Of a DNA stretch of 42,245 nt, positions 29,299 to 36,873 are shown one piece after another. Source of the DNA: Myxococcota bacterium. Lineage in GTDB: Bacteria > Myxococcota > JACRCW01. The stretch is taken from assembly GCA_040752415.1 (NCBI GenBank), contig JBFMGU010000068.1, positions 1 through 42,245 on the forward strand, read 5' to 3'. A program made the translations under genes and the position numbers. The notes under the pieces were generated by a model, which saw nothing but the letters and a program-made list of their open reading frames with translations, ran no database searches and was not told where the DNA came from. Each line of letters begins with the position of its first letter. Position 1 is the first letter of the stretch.

Positions 29299-29934
29299 AT
29301 GTCCCGCTTCAACCTGGACTACCCGCCCGCCCTGGACGTCCGCACCCAGGACAAGGAGCGCCTCCCACCCGGCCAGACGCTGACAAAGAAGTGGCCCGTG
29401 CTGCACGAGGGTGAGGTGCCCACGTTTGATCCTGCGACGTGGTCGTTGCGGATCTTTGGCCTGGTGGCGCAGCCCATGACCTTCACGTGGGACCAGTTCA
29501 AGGCGCTTCCACGCGTGCGCATCATCAGTGACTTCCACTGCGTGACAACGTGGAGCCGCTACGACAACGCGTGGGAAGGCGTGCACACGCGGGAGCTGGC
29601 GCGCCTCTGTGGCGTCGACGAGCGCGCGCGCTACGTGATCCAGCACTGCGAGAACGAGTACACCACCAACACCACCATCGAGGAGTTCCTCGACGAGAGC
29701 GTGCTGCTGGCGGACACCCACGACGGGCAGCCGCTCACCGGCGAGCACGGCGGCCCGCTGCGGGTGGTGGCGCCCAGGCTGTACGCGTGGAAGAGCGGCA
29801 AGTGGGTGCGCGGGATCGAATTCTCCGCCACCGACTGCCGCGGCTTCTGGGAAGTGCGCGGCTACCACAACCGCGCCGACCCCTGGCGGGAGCAGCGTTA
29901 CTCCTACCAGGAAACCGAGGACGACGAGCCCTGA
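29299..29934 (+). CDS. Sulfite-oxidase-like molybdopterin oxidoreductase (YuiH/MsrP-like, no Tat signal)
   Basis: RLPPGQ, DFHCVTTWS, HGGPLRVVAPRLYAWKSGKWV, GFWEVRGYH..DPWREQRY. Confidence 0.9.
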   Translation: MSRFNLDYPPALDVRTQDKERLPPGQTLTKKWPVLHEGEVPTFDPATWSLRIFGLVAQPMTFTWDQFKALPRVRIISDFHCVTTWSRYDNAWEGVHTRELARLCGVDERARYVIQHCENEYTTNTTIEEFLDESVLLADTHDGQPLTGEHGGPLRVVAPRLYAWKSGKWVRGIEFSATDCRGFWEVRGYHNRADPWREQRYSYQETEDDEP

Positions 29935-29935
29935 G

Positions 29936-29970
29936 GGCGTCCCCCGCCGCCTTGCCGACGGGGGAACGCC
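29936..29970. terminator. Hairpin between convergent genes
   Basis: GGCGT-CCCCCG...CGGGGG-A-ACGCC stem; no clear U-tract. Confidence 0.4.
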
Positions 29971-29983
29971 GCCAGGATCCTGC

Positions 29984-30571
29984 TCACTTCTTCTTGATCA
30001 GCTCGCACTCGATGTTGATGGCAACCTCGTCGCCCACGACGACGCCGCCAGTCTCCAGCGACTTGTTCCAGGTCAGGCCGAAGTCACTGCGCTTGATCTG
30101 CGTGGTGGCCACGGCGCCACGACGGGTGTTGCCCCAGGGATCCTTCACCTCCGGACCAAAGCCCTCCACCTTCAGCACCACCGGCTTGGTCACGCCGCGG
30201 ATGGTCAGGTCACCCGTCACCAGCAGCGCCTCACCCTGCTTCTCCACCTTGGTGGACTTGAAGCTCATCTTGGGGAACTTGTCGGACTGGAAGAAGTCCG
30301 GGGAGCGCAGGTGTTCGTCGCGCTTCGGCTCGTCCGTGTCCACCGACGCCGTGTCGATGTCCACCACCACGTTGGACTTGGTGACATCCTTGTCGTCCAA
30401 AGTGAGCGTACCGCTGAACTTCTTGAAGTTGCCCTTGGTGGTGGAAACCATCAGGTGCTTCACGCCAAATCCCACCTGGCTGTGAGAAGCATCCAGCTCC
30501 CACGTGGAAGCACTGGCCACACCACCTGCAAACGTCACTGCAACCGCCCCCAGCATTGAAACGATGCGCAT
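29984..30571 (-). CDS. yceI: YceI-family periplasmic lipid/polyisoprenoid-binding protein
   Basis: Signal peptide; WELDASHSQVGF.VKHLMVS; RDEHLRSPDFF; GDLTIRGVTKPV; DPWGNTR; RSDFGLTWN. Confidence 0.93.
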   Translation of the reverse strand: MRIVSMLGAVAVTFAGGVASASTWELDASHSQVGFGVKHLMVSTTKGNFKKFSGTLTLDDKDVTKSNVVVDIDTASVDTDEPKRDEHLRSPDFFQSDKFPKMSFKSTKVEKQGEALLVTGDLTIRGVTKPVVLKVEGFGPEVKDPWGNTRRGAVATTQIKRSDFGLTWNKSLETGGVVVGDEVAINIECELIKKK

Positions 30572-30592
30572 TTCTGGTCTCTCCTGAGAAGT

Positions 30593-30645
30593 GGACTTCA
30601 GTCCGGATTGCGGCTATCAATACGGACTCCGGTCCGTTTCGTCAA
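30593..30645. promoter_or_regulatory. Two TetR-type operators overlapping the putative yceI promoter
   Basis: GGACT-TC-AGTCC (30593-30604) and ACGGAC-TCCG-GTCCGT (30622-30637) share GGAC-N4-GTCC; minus strand TTGACG-17-TATTGA spans the second. Confidence 0.55.
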
Positions 30646-30711
30646 GATCCAATTTGAACGGGCCGACAGATCGGTGGGGCGTGCCATGATGGATGGCGCG
30701 GGAGCGGTTGC

Positions 30712-31401
30712 ATGGGTACGCGGGACACGGATCGACCACGCCTGAGACTTGTTGGCGACGAGGTGCCGGCGAAGTCGTCGTCGCTGAACATCCTGGGACA
30801 GGCGCCGCCGGTGGCGGAGCGGGCGGACGCGGCGCGGAACCGGGCGCGGATCCTGGAGGCGGCGCGCAAGCTGCTCGTGCGTCGTTCCATCCGGGAGATC
30901 TGCATGGATGAGCTGGCCCAGGCCGCGGGCGTGGGCAAGGGCACGCTGTACCGCCGCTTCGTGGACCGCGCCTCGCTCTGCCACGCCCTCCTCGACGACA
31001 ACGAGCGGCAGCTCCAGGCCCGCGTGCTGCGCGGCTTCGATCTTCCCCGTGACACCAACGCACTCACGCGCATGGACGTGTTCCTCCGCGCGCTGTTCGA
31101 CCACGTCGTGGAGAACGCTTCCCTGCTGGCGGAGGCGCACGCCTATGAGCGCGGGGACGCGGACCGCGTGGAGCACCCGGTGATGGTGTGGCGTCGTCGG
31201 GAGCTGGCGCGGCTGCTGGAGCTGCTGGTCCGCGAGAACGGCCTCCCGCACCTGGACTCCGTCACCACCGCGCACTTCGTGATTGCGGCACTGGAGCCGG
31301 ACCTCATCACGTCCCTGATGCGCCAGGGCATGACCCATGCGGCGCTGCGCCAGGCCTTCCTCTCGTTCGCGCGGCGCGCGGCCGGTCTGCCCAGCGCGTG
31401 A
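30712..31401 (+). CDS. TetR-family transcriptional regulator
   Basis: ERADAARNRARILEAA, MDELAQAAGVGKGTLYRRF. Confidence 0.92.
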   Translation: MGTRDTDRPRLRLVGDEVPAKSSSLNILGQAPPVAERADAARNRARILEAARKLLVRRSIREICMDELAQAAGVGKGTLYRRFVDRASLCHALLDDNERQLQARVLRGFDLPRDTNALTRMDVFLRALFDHVVENASLLAEAHAYERGDADRVEHPVMVWRRRELARLLELLVRENGLPHLDSVTTAHFVIAALEPDLITSLMRQGMTHAALRQAFLSFARRAAGLPSA

Positions 31402-31515
31402 TCCTCAGAAAACGACGGGCCCAGCTGCGTGCCGGCTGGTGACCGCGGCGCGATCCATCAACTTTCTGAGCGGGTCCGCGCGCGAAAAGCCCAGTGGCAT
31501 CAAGCATGAGCGTGC

Positions 31516-31531
31516 TGGCACATCCGCTGCA
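31516..31531 (+). promoter_or_regulatory. Putative sigma54 promoter
   Basis: TGGCACATCCGCTGCA, 56 nt upstream of ATG 31588. Confidence 0.55.
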
Positions 31532-31587
31532 CAGGCGCCCTTCCGTCCGCGCTCGGAGAAGCGCGCAAGTCCGTCAGGGAGGACGTC

Positions 31588-34497
31588 ATGGGATGGAAGA
31601 AGCGGAATGGCGGTTGGGGAAACAGGCTGGCGTACCTGGTGTTGGGGTTGGCCGCGTTTGGGTGCGGTGGCGTCGGGCTTCCGGAGGTTCCGGAGAGTTG
31701 GAAGGGCAAGCAGACCAGCTTCGAGTCGGCGGTGCCCAACAGCTCGCAGTCACAGAATGGTGGCGCGGACACGGGCGCGCCCTCCGCCGGTGAAACGGAC
31801 TCCCGTGACGACGGAAGCGGTGAGACGCGCGACATCGAGGAAGCGGACATCGTCCGGCACGTGGACAACCACCTCTTCATCCTGAATGCCTACCGTGGCC
31901 TGCAGATCCTCGACGTCAGCAACCCCGACGAGCCGCGCCTGGTCTCCCGCGTGCCCATCTACGGTCACCCGGTGGAGATGTACATCCGCGACGGGCGCGC
32001 CATCGTCGTCGTGAGCGACTACTTCTCGTACTGGCGCATCATCGCGGAGGACGGTGACGACGACGTGGAGGGCTTCCACGGTTCCACCCTGGCCATCATC
32101 GACGTGAGCCAGCCGCAGAGCCCCATCCTGGAGAAGCAGCTGGAGATTGAGGGCTATGTGAGTGAGACCCGCCGTGTTGGCGACGTGATCTACGCGGTGT
32201 CCAACCGCTACGCGTGGTGGAGCTGGTACGGGTCCACCGACAACATCGACCGCACCTACGTGCTGAGCGTGAACCTGGAGGACCCGGACAACATCCACGC
32301 CGTCGACGAGGTGGCGTTCGAGGGGACCAGCTACCAGCTCACGCTGACCACCGACACGCTGTTCATCACCGCGCCCAGCTACGGCGACACCGGCTACCAG
32401 ACGGACATCACGCTGGTGGACATCTCCGACCCCGCCGGCGACATCAACGTCCGCGGCACCGCGCGCGTCCCGGGCTATGTGCAGACGAAGTTCCACCTGG
32501 ATGCGTTCGAGAATCACCTGCGCGTGGTGTCCATGGACTGGAACACCCAGAGCACGCACGTCTCAGTTGTCGACGTCAGCAACCCGGATCAGCCCACGCT
32601 GGTCGGCAGCACCACGCTGGGTCAGGGTGACCAGCTCTTCGCCACGCGTTTTGACGGCAACCGCGCGTACATCGTGACCTATGAGCGCGTGGACCCGCTG
32701 TACATCGTGGACTTCACGGTTCCCTCGGAGCCGCTGGTGCTGGGTGAGCTGACCACGCCGGGCTGGTCCAACTTCATCGAGCCGCGCGGTGACCGCCTCA
32801 TCACCATGGGCGTCGACGACACCAACAACAGCTGGCGCGCCGCGGTGAGCCTGTTTGACGTGTCCGACCCGGCCAACCCGCAGCTCATCAACCGCGTCCC
32901 CGTGGGTGAGGGCTACAGCTGGTCCGCCGCCAACTACGACCCCAAGGCCTTCAAGGTCCTGGATGACCTGGGCCTCATCCTCCTGCCCTTCCAGACGTGG
33001 GGCACCGACGAGGCTGGCCGTTACCAGTACTCCGGTGGCCTGCAGCTCTTCGAGTTCACGCGGGACAGCCTGACGGCGCGCGGCGCCTCCGAGCAGACCG
33101 GCTACGTGCAGCGCGCGCTGCCCATTGGTGAGCGCATCTACTCGGTGAGTGACCGCACCGCCTTCGCGCTGGACATCTCCGACCGCGATCACCCGACGAA
33201 GATCGCCGAAGTGGAGCTGGCGCGGAACATCCAGGACTTCGCGATTGTGAACAACCACGGCGTGATGCTGGTGAGCGACTGGTACAGCGGTGAGGCCAGC
33301 CTGCGCATTGCGCCGCTCTCCACGCTGGACAACGTCGACGACGGTGTGCCGGTGGCCCAGGTGGCGCTGAATGACCGCGCGTACTTCCTGCTCACCAACG
33401 GTAACCTGGTCTATGCGCTGGGCTATGACTGGCAGGACTACCACTCGGTGATCCAGGTGGTGGACCTCACCGACGCGGCCAACCCCGTGCTGCGCGGCCG
33501 TCTCGAGCTGCCCTACCCCATCTGGTATTACGGCCAGGGCTCGCTCTACTACGGCTACTGGTGGGACTACGGCGGTCAGCTGGTTCAGGTGGGTGGCGAC
33601 GTGCTCGTCTTCAACCGCCCGCGCTGGTGGTACTGGGGTGACGCCGGTTACCAGAACAGTGGCGACGAGGGTCACTTCGAGATCATCGACCTGCGCAACC
33701 CGGATGCGCCCGTGCTCGCGGAGCCCATCACGGTGTCCCGCAGCTTCCCGCAGAACCCGCTGGCGCACGGCAACGAGCTCTGGTTCACCACGTGGGAAGC
33801 CGACGGCGAGGTCAATGGTCAGCCGGTGGGTCGCTACTACCTGGAGCGCATTGACCTGACGGATCCCTCGCACCCGGTGCATCGCCCCAGCGTGAACGTG
33901 CCCGGCACATTCATCGGCTCCGGCAACACCGACGACGGGACCATCATCTACACGCTGGACTACCGCTGGATCCCGGAGGAGGACCAGAACGGCTCCGCGT
34001 ACTGGTGGTGGGGTGGTGCGCTGCGGCTGAGCCTGAACGCGTTGCTCCTGGTGCAGAACACCGCCTTCCTCGGCGACACGCTCGAGCTCGAGGGGCACGC
34101 GGGCAGCGTGAGCGTGGAGAACGGCGTGGCCTATTTCACCGAGCAGGAATGGTACTGGTACGAGGAGGACTACGCCGACGGCGTCTACAACGGTCCGGAG
34201 TGGCGTCTGCGCGCGGTGGACCTCCGCCAGCCGCAGGACATCCGGGTGGGCGCGGACCTCACGCAGCGTGGCTACGGCTGGCTGCTGGGGATTGGCAGCG
34301 GGAAACTGTTCTTCACGTCGGGTTGGGGCGGTGGCGTGATGGTGTTTGACCTGGCCGACCCGGCCACGCCCACGCTGGAGACCTACGCGCGGACCCAGGG
34401 CTACAGCTGGCGCGTGGAGACGCGGAACAACACCGCGTTCCTCTCGGCGGGAATGTACGGAATGCAGGTGCTCCAGCTTGCAGCGGATCCGCTCTAA
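31588..34497 (+). CDS. Secreted beta-propeller domain lipoprotein
   Basis: GGGAGG RBS; lipobox AFGC; IEEADIV, NAYRGLQILDVSNPD, ATRFDGNRAYIVTYERVDPLYIVD, GELTTPGWS, SLFDVSDPANP, DPKAF. Confidence 0.88.
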   Translation: MGWKKRNGGWGNRLAYLVLGLAAFGCGGVGLPEVPESWKGKQTSFESAVPNSSQSQNGGADTGAPSAGETDSRDDGSGETRDIEEADIVRHVDNHLFILNAYRGLQILDVSNPDEPRLVSRVPIYGHPVEMYIRDGRAIVVVSDYFSYWRIIAEDGDDDVEGFHGSTLAIIDVSQPQSPILEKQLEIEGYVSETRRVGDVIYAVSNRYAWWSWYGSTDNIDRTYVLSVNLEDPDNIHAVDEVAFEGTSYQLTLTTDTLFITAPSYGDTGYQTDITLVDISDPAGDINVRGTARVPGYVQTKFHLDAFENHLRVVSMDWNTQSTHVSVVDVSNPDQPTLVGSTTLGQGDQLFATRFDGNRAYIVTYERVDPLYIVDFTVPSEPLVLGELTTPGWSNFIEPRGDRLITMGVDDTNNSWRAAVSLFDVSDPANPQLINRVPVGEGYSWSAANYDPKAFKVLDDLGLILLPFQTWGTDEAGRYQYSGGLQLFEFTRDSLTARGASEQTGYVQRALPIGERIYSVSDRTAFALDISDRDHPTKIAEVELARNIQDFAIVNNHGVMLVSDWYSGEASLRIAPLSTLDNVDDGVPVAQVALNDRAYFLLTNGNLVYALGYDWQDYHSVIQVVDLTDAANPVLRGRLELPYPIWYYGQGSLYYGYWWDYGGQLVQVGGDVLVFNRPRWWYWGDAGYQNSGDEGHFEIIDLRNPDAPVLAEPITVSRSFPQNPLAHGNELWFTTWEADGEVNGQPVGRYYLERIDLTDPSHPVHRPSVNVPGTFIGSGNTDDGTIIYTLDYRWIPEEDQNGSAYWWWGGALRLSLNALLLVQNTAFLGDTLELEGHAGSVSVENGVAYFTEQEWYWYEEDYADGVYNGPEWRLRAVDLRQPQDIRVGADLTQRGYGWLLGIGSGKLFFTSGWGGGVMVFDLADPATPTLETYARTQGYSWRVETRNNTAFLSAGMYGMQVLQLAADPL

Positions 34498-34528
34498 CGA
34501 GATAGCGCGCACGCGCTGAACAAGGCGG

Positions 34529-34570
34529 AGAGGGGCGTTCCGGTCGCACGGGGTGCCCCTCTTCGTCTTT
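34529..34570 (+). terminator. Intrinsic terminator of the beta-propeller gene
   Basis: 13-bp stem AGAGGGGCGTTCC/GGGGTGCCCCTCT (three G-U pairs), 8-nt loop, then TCGTCTTT. Confidence 0.55.
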
Positions 34571-34681
34571 CGACGACGAGAGCTGCGCTGGATTGGGAAC
34601 CCCGCTCCCATGAGCGGACTGCCATCCGTTAGGCTGCGCTTAGCCCACAGCTTGAACGGGGTGGTTCATCCACCAACGGGA

Positions 34682-35887
34682 TCACATCCGCCGTCCACTG
34701 CGCGTGCGCAGCGGCTTCTCCGGCTTCACCGCGCTCCGCGGCATGCTCAGCGTCTTCATCAGCGCCTTCCGGTTGGCATCCACCTGCTTCTGCAGCTTCG
34801 CCACCGCTTCGCCGCGCTTGTCGTACATCCGCTTGAGCGGGCGCTTGCTCCCGTCAGAGAGCAGCGCGTAGGTCAACCACGGGAACACCGCGGTGACGTC
34901 GGTGTGCACGTACATGCTTCCCGTCTGCACCGCACCCACGCTGACCTTGCCCCAGGTGTGCCCCTCCCCCGCCGGACAGCTCGACAGCGCGCCGTTGTCC
35001 ACGGGGTCCACGCAGAATTGCACGTCGATGTCGAACCCCTCGGTGGGCACGCCCAGGATCTGGTCCAACAGCGGCTCCCCCTGCAGCGTGTAGTTCTTGG
35101 GCACCCCGCCGCCGAGGATCCAGATGGCCAGCCGCTTGTTGAACGACTGCCGCGCGTAGAACTGCATCGCGCCCATCTCGAACACGTCGTCATTGACGTC
35201 GATGTTGAGCTTGAAATCCTCCGGGAACATCCGCTTGAGCTTCACGATGTTCAGGAAGATCGACCCGTCCTGCACCGCCCCCACGAAGATGGGCACCCCG
35301 CACCGGTACGCCGTGGCCAGCAGGCTGGGCTCCTTCACCCCCAGCGCCTCCTCGATGGCCGCCACCTCCTTGCCCAGGAGGTAGTGCAGCTCCGTCGTGG
35401 TCATGGTGCGCTGGAACTCCGGCTTGAGCAGCAGCGCGCTGAACAGCTGGTCCGTCTGCAGCAGCGCCTCCTCCCAGAACCCCAGGTCGTAGATGCGGAT
35501 GATGCGCGCCAGTCGGAGCTGGAGGTCGCCCGCGTCGGGGTTGATCTCCCGGATCTGGTGGCCGATCACCCGGTGCGCGTCGTGGTACAGGTTCGCACCC
35601 GTCGTCGTCAGCACGTCGATCATGCCGCGCTGCATGAGCGGGATGAGGCAACTGCGGTGCAACCCCGCCGGCGTCATGGCGCCGCTCAGCGTCATGAAGA
35701 TGGTGGCGTTCTCCCGCACGCTGCGGTCCATCAGCTCGAACGCGGTGCGCTCCTGGCGCCCCACGTAGGCATTGAACGCGCTGTTGATGATCTCCCGGGG
35801 CTTCTCCTTGCCGGTGATGCCCTGGGGCGCCACGTTGCGCGCCTTCACAAACGTCTGCCGAATCCCCTGCTTGGTAGCGGTGGTCAT
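34682..35887 (-). CDS. Deoxyhypusine-synthase-like protein (SpeY/homospermidine-synthesis type)
   Basis: TLSGAMTPAG, TTGANLYHD, GGGVPKNY, GALSSC..EGHTWGK (catalytic Lys retained), DVTAVFP. Confidence 0.88.
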   Translation of the reverse strand: MTTATKQGIRQTFVKARNVAPQGITGKEKPREIINSAFNAYVGRQERTAFELMDRSVRENATIFMTLSGAMTPAGLHRSCLIPLMQRGMIDVLTTTGANLYHDAHRVIGHQIREINPDAGDLQLRLARIIRIYDLGFWEEALLQTDQLFSALLLKPEFQRTMTTTELHYLLGKEVAAIEEALGVKEPSLLATAYRCGVPIFVGAVQDGSIFLNIVKLKRMFPEDFKLNIDVNDDVFEMGAMQFYARQSFNKRLAIWILGGGVPKNYTLQGEPLLDQILGVPTEGFDIDVQFCVDPVDNGALSSCPAGEGHTWGKVSVGAVQTGSMYVHTDVTAVFPWLTYALLSDGSKRPLKRMYDKRGEAVAKLQKQVDANRKALMKTLSMPRSAVKPEKPLRTRSGRRM

Positions 35888-35922
35888 GATCTTGTTCTTC
35901 CTGTGGGTTTTCTCGACGGGAA

Positions 35923-36801
35923 TCAGCGAAGGAGGAACGCGTATCCCATGATCTTGTAGGCCAGCTTGGCGGCAAGCGCGTCGCTGGCGGTCTGTCCGGG
36001 AATGGGCAGCAGCTCGTGGATGTCCGCGCCCACAATGCGACGCTTCTCTCCCACGCGCCGCAGGATGTGCGTGGTCAGGTACCAGTCCAGCCCACCGGGC
36101 TCCGGGCGCGCGGTGGCGGGCACCACCGAGGGATCCAGCGCGCTCAGGTCAAAGCAGACATAGACCTCGTCGTGGAGCTCATCCAGCAGCCGGTCCACGA
36201 AGTCATAACGGCCCACCACGTCACGCGCGTAGAAAGGACGCAGGCCCTTGGCGTCGGCGTGGCGGTACTCCTCCTCGGAGAAGGAGCGCGCGCCCACGTT
36301 CACCACGTGCACGTTCATGACGTTGCTGACGTGGTGCATGACGCACTGGTGATGCACCGCGGTGCCGTGGAACTGGCTGCGCAGGTCCAGGTGCGCGTCA
36401 ATGTGCAGCACGCTCATGGCCGGATAGCGCTCCGCCAGGGCCTTGATGGGTCCCAGGCTCACCGTGCCCTCCCCGCCCACGGAGAACAGGAACTTGTTGC
36501 TCTGCACCACGGCGCGCGCGGCGTCGGTGCAGCGGGTGACCATGTGCTCCGGTCCCCGCATGTCCGGCTCCAGCTCCTCCAGCGTGCAGATGCCCACGGA
36601 GGCGGAGATGTCGACGAGCAGCTCCTCGTCAAACAGCTCCATCCGACGGCTGGCCGCAATCAGCGCCGCCGGCCCGTGCCGGGAGCCCGGCTGGGTGCTG
36701 GTGGCGTCATAGGGAATGGGCAGAACCGCGATCTTGGAGCGGTCCCAACCGGAGAGCTCCGGGGAAAGCGCACCAAAGTTGTAGGGCAGCGTCTGTGTCA
36801 T
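35923..36801 (-). CDS. Agmatinase/ureohydrolase-family protein with degenerate Mn site
   Basis: PIPYDAT..GSRHGP, HIDAHLD, VGARS, PEPGGL, DIHEL; carries GGEG instead of GGEH and DLS instead of DxD. Confidence 0.85.
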   Translation of the reverse strand: MTQTLPYNFGALSPELSGWDRSKIAVLPIPYDATSTQPGSRHGPAALIAASRRMELFDEELLVDISASVGICTLEELEPDMRGPEHMVTRCTDAARAVVQSNKFLFSVGGEGTVSLGPIKALAERYPAMSVLHIDAHLDLRSQFHGTAVHHQCVMHHVSNVMNVHVVNVGARSFSEEEYRHADAKGLRPFYARDVVGRYDFVDRLLDELHDEVYVCFDLSALDPSVVPATARPEPGGLDWYLTTHILRRVGEKRRIVGADIHELLPIPGQTASDALAAKLAYKIMGYAFLLR

Positions 36802-36837
36802 GGGAGACCCGCGCGGGACCTGTCCGCAAGGCGGCGG

Positions 36838-36865
36838 AACATAGTCGGGGCAGGCACCCCGTCAA
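36838..36865 (-). promoter_or_regulatory. Putative sigma70 promoter of the ureohydrolase/DHS-like pair
   Basis: Minus strand TTGACG-16 nt-TATGTT, 36 nt upstream of ATG 36801. Confidence 0.45.
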
Positions 36866-36873
36866 AGCGCCTT

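Noticed and set aside
34590..34682. Resemblance to 6S RNA, cobalamin or ZTP riboswitch fragments
   Set aside because: Only isolated words match, core conserved elements are absent, and the position is downstream of convergent genes
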